A stretch of DNA of 64,000 nt from Blepharisma stoltei ATCC 30299 (GCA_965603825.1 CBFDEM010000056.1:186001-250000); one strand, 5' to 3'. Shown: positions 44,535 through 57,653, counted from the stretch's first letter. The notes: generated from the sequence alone by a model not told the origin. Program-made: numbers and translations.

Positions 44535-47500
44535 ATGATGCTCATTATCTATTTTGGCCTTTTTCAACTAGCGTACTCACTTGGGGATATAATGATTTAT
44601 GTACTTTATTCTAGTCAAACAAATTCAAATTTTGTAAGCGATGCTAAAAACAACTTATATAACACAATTAATCAAAATGAACAATTTTTTGACATTCAAT
44701 TAATAGAGGTAGATTTAAATCAAAATTTGGCTGATAATTTAGATGCTAAAGAAAATTTTATGATTTTGGATGCAACTTTTGATATATTTTGGAATAAAAT
44801 GATTTATGAATATAGTGAGAATAACAATATAGTGAATCTAAAAATGAACTTTGATGCAAGCTATGTCGGAGAATGACAATTTTTTCTTCATAATTCTCCA
44901 GATCAGCATAAAGAAATAGCCGAATTGGTCATAAAATTTTTTGGTTGAACGAATTTGGCAATTATATCAAACAATTTTCCAATAAATGTGAAAATGGCAT
45001 CTAATATTGAAAAGCGGTTAAAAAATCAAGTTTCACAAAAAATAATTCTTCCGGATTCAATAAATAAAGAAAGAATTAGTAATTTAATTACCAAAATTAT
45101 TAAACCGGATGGGATTCAAATGTTTTTTATTTTAGAAGAAGGAGACAACTTTCAGTATTTAATTGAAAACCTCAAGGACGAGAAAGTTTATAAAAAAGGG
45201 GCAGGAGTTCTTGCTGGGAGCTCTAGCATTTGGGCAGCTAAAGAAGATGGCTTAATTATATATGTCGAAAAAGGTTTAGAAACTGCAGAATCATATACTG
45301 AGTATGAAATCTTAGCAATAAAGCATTTTACTGATATTATCCTAGAATTCAAATCTAGATATTCAAGCTCCCAACAGTTTGAAGGATTCAATTCACTTCT
45401 TCTTAAGCAATTACTTGAGTCAAGTACCTTTCAGCATAGAAAAATACCTATATTTTCAATTATAAATATTGACAATAATGATAAAATTTTGAAAGCTGAA
45501 GTAGAAAACTCAACATTTCACATATTTAATAAAACATTTATTTATCCTGGAAATACCACTTCTTTTCCAAAAATATCTGAAACAGAGATCGTATTATCAA
45601 TTGCTTCTGGATCATCTGAACCAAATGGTGTGTCAAATCTCTTTAACCCTCAGAACTTTTTGGGATCGTTATATGCACAGTGAGTCATAAATAACTCAAC
45701 CTCTCTGCTTAAAAATTTTTATATATCTCAGTTTCAAACCGATTGTGGAGCAAGTGTATACAATTTCGATTTTTATTATAAATGCATGAGCCCATTAAAA
45801 AGCCAGCTTGGGGTTGCGTTTCTTTCTCCTTCATTTGGTTCTGGAGCGGTTGGCTATATTTCGATTTTCCGAAAATTGGGATTGAAGATTCCTCATTGTG
45901 GCGCAGGAGTACGAACTGCTATATTATCAAATAAAACCGCATATCCTGAATATATGAGAGTAATAACAAGTATTGATTATTTTGCAGTAATTATAGCGAA
46001 AAGTTTAGCGTATTTTGGGTGAAAAAACGTCGCAGTTATTTATAATAGTAAAGCATCTGCCATAGCTGAATACAATACATTTGCTCAGGAATGTGAAGGG
46101 CTAGGAATCTCTATTTTAAATGATAAAGACAAAAGAATGCTTCCAGCAGGATACTTAAGGACTAATTTCACACAGTATAAACACATTTTTCAAAATATTT
46201 ATGAGACCAAGGTGAGGGTTTGTGTTTTGTTCGTTGATAATCCAAGCGCTTGGCATGTCATTGAAGGGCTTTATGATGTTGGATTTAGAGAAGGAGACCT
46301 AATTCCTATTTTCGACAGTAAAACCGGAGGTGTTCAGTCTATTTCAAATGACCTTGAGGAGTATATAAAAAAAAGGAAAGAACTTATGCTTGGATCTTTG
46401 AGTGTTTTTAGTAATGAATATATTGGAGACTACGGAAAACAAATTAAAGCTCAAATAACTCAAGCCTTTTACCCTCAAGATCCCAGCTATAAATGCTTTT
46501 CATTTGACGCCTTTATGCTAGCAGCCCACGGGCTTGACTATACAATTAACCGAGGGGATGATATAGAAAACCCATTGGTATTGAATAAAAATTTGAGAAA
46601 GCAAAGATTTGTAGGGTGCAGCGGAACAATTTCTATTGAATCAGATAGTAATAATAGAAATTCTGCTCCTATAAATCTCTTTAATTTTTATTATAATGAA
46701 ACTAGCAAATCATATATCGAGACTTCAGTAATAGTTTATTCCCCAGAGTCAGCAATTCCTTTTAATGTAATGCAGCAAGTAGCATGGCCAAAACAATCAA
46801 AAACTGTTCCAACTGATATAAGAGATAAAAATTGAGATTGCCCATTTGAAAAGCGGCTAGTAAGAAATTCTCAAGCTGGTGTTGGAGTTCTATTTGCCGT
46901 ATGCTTTTCGATTTTTTCTATTTCAGGGATTATTACCTGGCTTATATGGAAAAAATGAAAAATTGTTGATTATCCTAAATTAGAAAAACCAAAAAAATTA
47001 AAATTTGCTGATATGATGGTTTATTTGGTAATTGCAATTGAGTTCTTTCAATATATATATTTAGGTCCACCAGTCTCATCAATGAATTCTGCTGTAGCTT
47101 ATATGAGTGAAGCAACTTCTGTTGATTTAACAAGCTTCATTACTTTTAAGGGAACAATTTTTTGGATAACAATGATATTTACTCTTTGTGTTGTTTTATT
47201 AAGCATATTTCTGAATATATTTACAGTTACTAGATTTAAAAACTTACTCAAATGGAGAATTTGTATAAGCATAAGAGTTTTTGCAGAAGCATTAATGCCT
47301 CTTTTTGGCAATGCTTTATTTATTCCAATAATCTCATTTCTATTAAACATCTTTTCATGCACTCATGCTACTGGAGACTCTATTTCTGATACTTACCTAG
47401 ATAAAGATTGCTATCAATATTGCTGGAAAGGGAAGCATTTAGCATTCGCTCTGCTGTCAATAGTTGCAACTTTTATTTATGTGCCTTTAACTGTGTACTA

Positions 47501-48179
47501 CCGGCCTGTATATCAAGAAGTGCAAGAATCTTTACACATTAAAACAATGCCAAAATATCTCGTGATTAAAAGCTTAACTCAGATTTTTTTTGTAGTTCTC
47601 AAAAAAACACTTGGTCTTTATCAGCCAGAAGTGCATGGTTTTGTCTACTTGATTTTATTTTCAATTTATATTTGAATTGTCATTCGCTTGAAAGCATATA
47701 ATTACGATAAAATATGTTTGCTATTGCTTACAGCGATGCTTATGGTGGTTTGGTCTGTGTTATTTACTTCTTTATCAAATATACTTGAAGCAAACTTTAT
47801 ATATTGGCTTTGCTGTCAAATGACTGGATGGGCTGCTATTCTACTCTGGGGAGCTCTGAAAGCTAAAAAGCTCCCATCTATGATTATTATTGAAAAAGGA
47901 ATGGATATATCTATTCTTTTTAAATTTATGTTAGGAAAGGTTAAAGCTGAAGCAATTCACGCAAAAAAAATAAAATACGTTTCTAAGAAAGAAATAAATG
48001 ACTCATGCAAAATCAATATTTCACATGAAAAGGTAGATGAAAATAAAATAGAAATAATAATGGAAGAAAATGCATCTCAAATTTTCTGGAGCTCTGGCAA
48101 TGCATTGCGCATTGATGAGAATGAAGAAGCGAAAAACGATGAAACAGCTAGAATGAATTCAAACAGAAAACTCTTATAA
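44535..48179 (+). CDS. Receptor-like protein, copy 2
   Basis: Colinear paralog of copy 1. One frame (about 1,214 aa) with TGA=Trp. Confidence 0.88.
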
Positions 48180-48794
48180 TCAACACAAATTTAAAATGTT
48201 TTATCGTGCTAGAACGTTATAATTTTAATGAATAGATTAATTTATCTATTTTAATGTTAATTTTGTTTTATATATATTAAAGAATTTGTATTAGTTATTT
48301 CTTTGATTTAACTTTCAGCTAGTAAATAAATAATGAACTTTAGCTGGTACAATGAATAATTATTATTGATTTATCATTTAATAATCAAATAGCTTACGTT
48401 TGATTTATAATGTAATAAAGCAAAAGCAATTTAGCACGAATCAATATAAAATTCAAAAATCTTATTTAAATCAACATTAAATATTAATAATATTTAAACA
48501 AAACTGCTATCTTGCTTTACCAAAGAAAAGCAAATTTTGAGCTGATCTCTTTGTCGTTCAAATTTTGTTTTTAAAGGTCAAAATTTTTTATTCTAAGAAA
48601 ATGTTTTATGGTAGAAAATTTCATTTAAAATTGAAGGCTTAAACATTTGTTTTATTAATTCATAGCGAAAAGCTTCCTTATTCATTAAATTGAAAGAGAA
48701 TTTTCATTGTTTATTTGCCCTTATTTAATTAATGCGTTCATTAATCAATTATTTAATTCAGAGCGAAAAACTTCCTTATCAAATAAATTGAAAT

Positions 48795-51700
48795 ATGATT
48801 TTCATTGTTTATTTTGGCCTTATTCAACTAGTGCATTCACTTGGAGATATTATAATTTATGTGCTTTATTCGGAGAAAACAAATTCAAAATTTGTAACAG
48901 ACGCGCTAAATAGCTTATCTGACACAATTAATCAAAGTGAACAAATTTTTGATGTGAATTTCATAAGAATGGCTTCAAGCCACAATTTGAATGATATTTT
49001 AGATACAAACATAAACTTTATGATTATTGATGCGACTTTTGATGTATACTGAAATAGAATTATTTATGAATACACAGAGAATAACAAAATAATTAATCTC
49101 AAAATGAACTTTGAGGCAAGTTATGATGGAGAGTGGCTATTTTTTCTTCATAATTCAGCTGATCAACACCAGGAAATTTCAGAATTAATTCTAAATTTTT
49201 TTGGCTGAACTAATTTAGCAATTATATCAAACGATTTACCAAAAAATGTGAAAATTGTGTCAAATATCGAAAAACGGCTTAAAAATCAGATTTCCTTAAA
49301 AGTAATTCTTCCTGATGCAATAAATACAGGAAGAATAAGCAGTTTAATTAGAAAAATTATTATACCGGATGGGATTCAAATGTTTTTTATTTTAGAAGAA
49401 GGAGAAAATTTTGAGGATTTAATTGAAAATCTCAAGAAAGAAAAAGTTTATAAAAAAGGGGCAGGTGTTCTTGCTGGGAGCTCTAGCATTTGGGCAGCTA
49501 ATGAGGATGGCTTAATTTTGTATGTCGAAAAAGGTTTAGAAAATGCAGAATCATATTCTGAGTATGAAATCTTAGCAATAAAGCATTTTACAGATATGAT
49601 CCTAGAATTCAGATCTAGATATTCAAGCTCCCAACAGTCTGGAGAGTTCGATTCACTTCTTCTAAAGGAATTATTTGAATCAAACACTTATCAGCATAAA
49701 AAATTGCCTGCATTTTCAATAATAAATATAGACAGCAATCAGAAGATTTTGAAAGGTGAGGTAGAAAATTCAAGTTTTCACTTTTTCAATAGAACATTTA
49801 TTTTCCCTGGAAATACAACTGTCTTTCCTAAAATATCAAAAACAGAGATTGTGCTATCAATTGCTTCTGGATCAACTGAACCAAACGGACTTACAAATTT
49901 GTTAAATTCTCAGAACTTTTTAGGCTCTTTATATGCACAATGGGTTATGAATAACTCAACTGATCTACTAAAAAATTTTAACATTTTGCACTTTGAAACG
50001 GATTGCGGAGCAAATGTATACGATTTTGATTTTTATTATAACTGTATGAGCCCATTAAAGGATCAGCTTGGAGTTACATTTCTTTCACCCTCATTCAGTG
50101 CTGGAGCAGTTGGCTATATTACAATTTTCAGAAAATTAGGATTAGAGATCCCTCATTGTGGTGCTGGAACTCGAGTTGCAGCTCTCTCAAATAAAGCAGA
50201 ATATCCAGAGTACATGAGGGTCATAACAAGTTCAGAATATTTTGCTGTAATTATGGCAAAAAGTTTAGCTTATTTTGGATGAAGTAATGTAGCAGTTATT
50301 TATAGTGATAAATCGTCAGTCTTATCTGTATATAAAACATTCGTACAGCAATGCGAAATACTCGGAATATCTATATTGAATGACGCTGACAAAAGATTGA
50401 TTCCACAAACATATTTGAGGACAAATTATACACAGTATAAGCATATATTTAAAAATATATATGAATCTAAAGCAAGGGTCTGTGTTATTTTTATGGAAAA
50501 TCCATATGCTTGGCATGCAATAGAAGGATTTTATGACGCTGGGTTCAGGGAAGGCGAATTTGTTCCATTTTTTTACAGTAAAACTGGTGGGGTTCAATCT
50601 ATTTCAAATGACCTTGAAGAGCGTATAATGAAAAGAAAAAAGTTAATGCTAGGGTCTTTGAGTGCTTTTAGTGACGAGTACATTGGTGATTATGGAAAAC
50701 AAATTAAATCTGAAATAGCACAAGCCTTTTACCCTCAAGATCCCAGCTATAAATGTTTTTCATTTGATGCTTTTATGCTTGCAGCTCATGGACTTGATTA
50801 TACAATTAACAAAGGGGAAGATATAGAAAATTCGACAATATTGAATAAAAATTTGAGAAAACAAAAATTTGAAGGCTGCAGTGGAACAATTTCTATTGAA
50901 TCAAGTAACAATAATAGAAATTCAGCTCCTATTAATCTTTTTAACTTTTATTATAATACTACTGATGATACATACTACGAAACTTCAGTTGTTGTTTATA
51001 CACCAGGATCATCAATTCCGTTTAATATAATACAAAAAGTCACATGGCCAGGAAACTCCAAAACAATCCCAACAGATATGAGGCACAACAATTTTGACTG
51101 TCCGTTTGAAAAAATACTTGTAAGAAATTCTAGTGTTGGCATTGGAATGTTTCTTGTGGCATGCTTCACAATTTTCTCGATATCTGGAATTATCACTTGA
51201 ATAATATGAAAAAAATGGAAAATAGTTGACTTTCCAAAATTGGAGAAACCCAAAAAAATAAAATTTGCTGATATGATGGTTTATTTAGTTATTGCAATTG
51301 ATTTTTTTCAATATTTATATTTAGGTCCATCTAGTTCTTCAGTGAATTCTGTTGTTGCCTATATAAGTAAAGCAATTTCAGTTGACTTAGAAGGCTTAAT
51401 TTATTTCAAAGGGACAGTATTTTGGATTGCAATGGTCTTTACTCTTAGTGCTGCAACATTCAGTATATTTTTAAATATATTTACTGTTACTAGGTTCAAA
51501 AACATTTTCACATGAAAATTTTGTGTAAATTTGCGCTATTTTGCAGATGCTATATTGCCTCTTATAGGTAATGCTTTATTTATTCCAATAATTTCCTTTT
51601 TATTAAATATCTTTTCATGTACTCATGCAACTGGAGATTCTATTTCTGATACTTATTTAGATAAAGATTGCTATCAATATTGTTGGAAAGGAAAGCATTT

Positions 51701-52439
51701 AGCATTCGCTCTGCTATCTATAATAGCAATTTTTATTTATATGCCTTTAACGGTTTACTATCGGCCAATGTATCAAGAAACGCAAGAATCTTTGCATATT
51801 AAAACAATGCCAAAGTACCTTATCATTAAAAGTTTGGCCCAGGTTTTCTTTGTAGTTCTTAAAAAAACTATGGGCTTTTATCAGCCAGAAATACATGGAT
51901 TTGTATATTTGGTCTTATTCTTGATTTATTTATGGATTATACTTCGAGTAAAGGCATATAATTACGATAAAATATGTTTGCTGTTGTTTATAACAATGCT
52001 TATGGTGATTTGGTCTGTGTTGTTTACTTCTCTAGCAAATGTTCTTAAAGTGACTTTTATACTGTGACTCTGCTTTCAATTGACTGGCTGGGTTGCAATT
52101 GTAGTATGAGGAGCTTTTAAAGCGAAAAAAATTCAGTCCCTAATTATCACAGAAAAAGGTATGGACATATCCATTCTTTTTAAATTTATGCTTGGAAAGG
52201 TAGATGCGAGTGCAATCAGCAAAAAAGAAATTAATTTTGTTTCTAAGAAAGAAACAAAGAGCACATCAGAAAACAAAGGCTCTCTTGAAAAGGTAGATCA
52301 AGATCTAGTAGAAATAGTAGAAGAAGATAACGCATCAAAAGAATTAAAAAACTCTAATATTGTGCTTTGCATAAATGACAATGAAGATGAAGAAAATGAT
52401 GAAACTGCAAGGTTAGATTCAAATAGGAAATTTATATAG
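48795..52439 (+). CDS. Receptor-like protein, copy 3
   Basis: Colinear paralog of copies 1 and 2. One frame (about 1,214 aa) with TGA=Trp, ending at TAG 52437-52439. Confidence 0.88.
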
Positions 52440-52625
52440 GTTTACTAGGCAAATTTACAAGTTGCCATTTTAAGAAGAATAATGTTTTCTGAAGACTAAT
52501 CAGATTATATTTCAATTATAATCTAATAAACAAATTAAAAGTATAATCTTTATGATTTTAGCAAACTTATTTTTGTTTTTTTATAAAGACAAAAAATAAT
52601 TTTAATCCTATTTTAAATGTTAATT

Positions 52626-53999
52626 CTACTTTTTCTTTTTTTTCCCTGCTTTTGTTGCAGGCTTAAACGTGCAGCCAGATAGCTCTGCCCGCTCTCTCAT
52701 CAATCTCAGTTCATTCGCCTTCAACTCATTCAACTGTGAAGTCCAAACAAGTCTATCATAAATATTATCCGGCAATGATCCTCTTCTTTTTTCTGCCAGT
52801 TTCGTTGACTTCGGACTTACAAGGACAATTTTTTCTTCTACAACAGGCTTTTCTTCTCTTTTCAAAAGATGAGACTTGTCGCCCACATTCATTGACTTCA
52901 TTAGTTCATCCATATAGCCTAAGAATTGTTCTAAATCATGTTGTTCCTTACTTTCTTCAAGATAATTTAAGTAAGGAGAAAGAATCACAAGACTCTTCAC
53001 ATCTAAGTGTTCTATTTTTATAGATCCAGACGATATTTTTCCATCCTCATCAGAATCGAAAGACTTAAATAGCTTTTCCAGCTGCTTTTGCTGAAAGTCC
53101 AGGAAGATCTTTTGAGAAGCATCACTTAGTTTCTTAGCAGCAGAGCTGGCTTCCCAGAATTTCAAAGTTTTATCGTTTTCTTCTTGTTGCTTTAGAGAGT
53201 GATTATCTTTCAATGAATAGAGATGGTCCCATATTGGCTCTTCTCCTCCTCTGGTGATTGAGCCTTTAGTATTATTTATGGCTGGGTGAAAAAGCTCTTG
53301 ACCACTGACTTGGTCAATTGAAGCTTCTAAAGACTCCAATTCCTTTTTCCTTTCTTTCATGTCTTCATAAAACTTAGATTTCGAGCTGTAAAGCCTTTCA
53401 AAGATTTCTTCTTTGGTTTCAGTAGAAGCTCTGTTATGGTTTTTTACCTTTGGCTTGAATGAGTACTGGCTGACACTTTGCTCCGTTAGTGAGGTGTTTC
53501 TTGACTTTCTTTGTTCAGCATCATTGTAGAGATCAGTATAAACATCTCTAAATTGCTCTCTACTCCTGGAAGTCCTTGAGCCACTAATTGTAGGGTGAAA
53601 TGAGCACTCAACCATTTCTACGTTTTGCTGCTCTTCTCTTAGCTCATCTAAGTGGGCTTTATATGTCTTTCCTGCTTCTATGAGCAGATTTTCAGCTTTG
53701 TTATTTGGCCTGTTTTGAAAATGCTTGGAGCTTTTCTCAATGTTTGGACGGAATGTCTCTTCTTTTTTCCGTTCTTCTTCAAGCTTCAGCCGCTCATTTT
53801 CAATGATTTTCATTGTTTCTTGTTTGAATTTTAACCCTTTAGAATAGAAGTCAGTTTTGAGCCTTGGAATAGAGTTCATACTATCTGATTTTCTAAAGCT
53901 TGCAGACTCAGAAGACATGGATCTTGAAAGCGCTTGTTTAGTGTTTTGGTAAAGTCGGCTATAAATATTTCCACTCGATTTTTTGACAGAATTGGACAT
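52626..53999 (-). CDS. Coiled-coil [CY][ST]FxP-repeat EF-hand protein, paralog of 34101-35855
   Basis: Shares ELFHP, PIWDHLYSLKD, SQKIF.DF, FDSDEDGKIS, LP.NIYDR and CTFKP with the 34101-35855 protein. Confidence 0.82.
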   Translation of the reverse strand: MSNSVKKSSGNIYSRLYQNTKQALSRSMSSESASFRKSDSMNSIPRLKTDFYSKGLKFKQETMKIIENERLKLEEERKKEETFRPNIEKSSKHFQNRPNNKAENLLIEAGKTYKAHLDELREEQQNVEMVECSFHPTISGSRTSRSREQFRDVYTDLYNDAEQRKSRNTSLTEQSVSQYSFKPKVKNHNRASTETKEEIFERLYSSKSKFYEDMKERKKELESLEASIDQVSGQELFHPAINNTKGSITRGGEEPIWDHLYSLKDNHSLKQQEENDKTLKFWEASSAAKKLSDASQKIFLDFQQKQLEKLFKSFDSDEDGKISSGSIKIEHLDVKSLVILSPYLNYLEESKEQHDLEQFLGYMDELMKSMNVGDKSHLLKREEKPVVEEKIVLVSPKSTKLAEKRRGSLPDNIYDRLVWTSQLNELKANELRLMRERAELSGCTFKPATKAGKKKKK

Positions 54000-54328
54000 T
54001 AATTGCTATGATGGATAAAGAAAAAATGACAAATATTAAATTAACGAAATTTCTTAGTTCAGATAATATTTTTATTTCATGACCTTAAGAAATTGAGTCA
54101 AATTTATAATTTAACTTTTATTACTTTTAATGTCTCTTATGGCCGGATATTTCAAAACTTCAGTGAAAGAAACACCCCACTTTGGATATTTATCTATCTT
54201 TAAGATCAAAACAATCTCAGAGCATAATAAAGATACCAGCCTTTAAAATATTTATTTTCTTGCTTTAAATTTCTAATGCGCTCAGATTGCAATTAGAAGT
54301 AAAATAATTTTTAAAGTTATAATAAAAA

Positions 54329-56555
54329 ATGAAATGCAATTTAATATGCCAAGCACAAATTAATTTAATTTTGGCCAAAAAAATCATCAAAAACTTTTGT
54401 AAGTCAAGAAGTCTCAAGGCATTAGAAAAAAGCTATCTTAATAAAATCTGTCTTAACTCTCTATTACAGGTAACTAGCTACATTATTGATCTACTTACAG
54501 AAGATATAAAAGAAACTCTTTATAATATAGTTTTGTCATCAAGAACATCAAACTTTATAAGCCTAGCAGCAAGTAATGCTATCACAATTCTCAATAAAGC
54601 TCGATTCTCATTCGCAAATAAAGACTTAAGCAGGATAAAAATTCCTTATGCTGACTTATCATATGGATTTATAACTGGCACAAATTTTAGCTCAAGCAAT
54701 CTTCATAGAGTTAAGCTATTAAAGTCACAGATCTATGACACTAACTTTAAAAACTGTGATATGGCTAAAGCAGATTTTGGAGAAAAGCTTTTAATTGCTG
54801 GATTAAAAGCTAATGTCAAAATTTTAGCTATTTCACCTTGTGGGAATTTTCTTGCAATTTCATTTGATTGTGAAACAATAATTTTATATAATGCAAAAAC
54901 CTACTGAGAAATAGGCCCATTTATTGGAGAAATTTCACCAATCGAGTCTTTATCATTTTCGTGTAATGGGAGTTATTTATTATCAATAAATCGCAGCAGA
55001 ATGATTGTAGATTTATGGGATACCTGTTCAAAACTTCAAATTTCCCATTTTGCAAATTCATGCAGCTTTTCTAGTTTCTCGCCTTGTAATAGATACCTAA
55101 GCATGGTTTGGGCATCCTCTGATAGTAGAGAAGCAATTATAAAAATTTATAGCATAAATTCAAAACAGGTTTTAAATAAAATTAAGGGATTTAGCTTATC
55201 GGTTTTAGCATTTTATTCAGTCACAGGAAACAATTTGCTAGTTTTAGAGAAAAATTCCCTTGCTCCCCTCAGTAGTTAGCAAATGGGATTTATCTGCAAA
55301 CAAAAACACAAGCCAAATTGCTTGCCCATATTCTGATCCAGTTACTATATCTTCTGATCATGAATATATAGCTTGCATTCATACTGAGGACAAGATCTCT
55401 ATCTATAACACTGAAATAATGGAAGCTATTTGAACTTTTTCACGGAAATGTTCTCATTCAGTATTTTCTCCAAGCGGAAGATATTTAGCTATAGAAGTTC
55501 AAGATTATGGAATAGAAATTCTTGATTTGTCTATAAAAGAAACAAAATACGCAATTTTGAAAAACAAAAACAAACTCCCTGTTTTTTCTCCACACGGAAA
55601 ATACATAATTTTAGGAACAAATGATAAAAAATTAAAATCATTTAAAACTACGAGAAATCCTGAGTTTAAAAAGAAACCTATTACTCAGAAAGGAATAAGC
55701 ATGATTTCTTTTTCTCAAGATAGCCAATATTTTGCTGTTGGAACTAATGAAGGATTTATTATTATATTTTCAACAGAAAATCAAAATATAATCAAGGAAT
55801 TTGAGGCTCATTATTCAGGAGTTTCATGCATTTGCTGATCAGGCAACTTTTTAGCCGTAACAGGCAACGATCCATGGATTAAAATTTGAAATATTTACGA
55901 TAATTTTTTCTTAAAGATCATAGAAACAGATTATACTTCGCAATCTATTGAATTTTCTCCTGATGGCAAAAAAATCATTACCTGGGGTCAATGAGGTTTT
56001 GTGATAATAAGAGAAATTGATACAAATAAAATAATTGCCCAATGAAGTGTTAGTTACAATTCTGTTTCTATATGCCATTGATCGCCCTGTGGCAATTATA
56101 TATTAGCATGCTTTTCTGATTCATCTATAAAAATTTGGAGAATAGATAATCAAGAGCTGTTGACTGAACCTATTAAACATTATCAATATTATCATTCAAT
56201 AAGTATTTCACATTGTTGAAACTTTTTAACTACTTTTCACTGGGACACAAATTTAAAGATTTGATACTTAGGAGGCATGAAGCAAAATCAGGTGAAGTTG
56301 CTTAAAGAATTTGACCCTGAAGATTGAATTGGAATTATAGAATGGGCACCTTCAGGAAAAAGAATCGTTTGAGGTGAAGGAAATGGAAAAATAGTAGTAT
56401 GGAATTTTCAAAAACAAAAATTGGTTCGAAGTATAGCTGCTCATAAGGGATCTGTTAACATTCTTGTTTTCTCTGCAAATGAGCGTTTTCTTATATCTGA
56501 GAGTCAAAATATAATCAAATTATGGAATTCTGATATGTTTAGGATAACTGAATAA
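54329..56555 (+). pseudogene. Pentapeptide-repeat plus WD40 protein, frameshifted and apparently 5'-truncated (NACHT-WD40-family-like)
   Basis: AASNAITIL..FANKDLSRIKIPYADLSYG..TNFSSSNL followed by many WD40 repeats. The first frame stops at TAG 55277-55279. The WD40s continue in the +1 frame to TAA 56553-56555. Confidence 0.65.
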
Positions 56556-57653
56556 ACCTGATTATTTCTGATATCTAAATATGTTGAAAGCTCGTAAAAA
56601 TGAGTGTAAACATAATTTTAATAAAATTATAACAGATAAGCCAATTTTGAAATTTGAAACGGGTTTAAATTAGCTATTTATTTATTTAAATTAGATTATC
56701 ACCTGTGCTATGAGGTTAACTCTTCTCAAAATCTCCTTCCTATAATCAAGCAACTGTACCAAATAACTCTCTACTAATTTGTCCAACTTCCTCTTCTCTT
56801 CTCTTCAAATCATCAATCTCTTTGTCTGATTTTTCACTTTGCAGCCCTATATCTAATAATCCAGCCTTTTAAAATTAGTTAAAAATTTGATATAAAAGTG
56901 GCAAAACGAATAACTAATGAGATGAACTAAAAAAGGAGAGTATCTTTTGTATAAATTTTTGAAGCATTTATTTTATTCTTAAATTATGTTCTCTATCTTA
57001 ACATAATGAACTTTTTCATTTATTTCATCTTTGATTTTATAATATTTCCTTTTAACCTCTATCAAAAAGATCAAAATAATATATTTTTATATTTTTTGAT
57101 ACTTGATTATTAATTTTCGGTGATTCTTTCAAGCAAAAAAATGTGCGAATTAATTTAAATAGCATTGAAGCTAGTTAAAAATTGTAAGTTGTTATTATGC
57201 TTAATCATATACTTTATTAATATCATTAAAAAATTATTTAACAATGAAATTTTTAAGACCATAATAAAATCCTTTAAATTTAATAAGACTTTTGGGCGAT
57301 TTTCATCAAAAACTTTATAGTTAATTTAAAAAATTTGGCATGCTGCTATCTAAACCGCTTATCTTTGGAAAGTTACATAAAACTTTATCTTCATATTTGC
57401 ATATTCTCTCGTTAATTCTAATATAATAATTAATATCTTGTAAGAATTTTCTTTCATTAAATTGCATAGTTCTCTATAAAATCCCCAAATCATGATATTA
57501 ATTTTAAAAAATGATCAGTATTCAACAAAATTTTACCTCCTATAATTAACAATAAAAACCTACCTAAATTTAAACTTACCCACTACTTTCATAATTCAGT
57601 AACTTAACCACATTATTTTAAAATAAATCTAATCACTGAATTCTAATATAAAA

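Noticed and set aside
55202-55220. Possible 19-nt intron GTTTTAGCATTTTATTCAG to repair the WD40 frameshift
   Set aside because: It has the wrong length and consensus, and splicing it leads to a TAG at 55239-55241.
56700-56970. Coding-like minus-strand fragment (KAGLLDIGLQSEKSDKEIDDLKRREEEVGQ...)
   Set aside because: It is interrupted by several TAA/TAG codons, has no valid intron and no recognisable family. At most it is a decayed remnant.
39605-57653. AT-rich spacers around the receptor array and at 56556-57653 as possible IESs or MITEs
   Set aside because: I could see no terminal inverted repeats, no clear TA-bounded insertion interrupting a gene and no transposase. A MAC/MIC read comparison would be needed.
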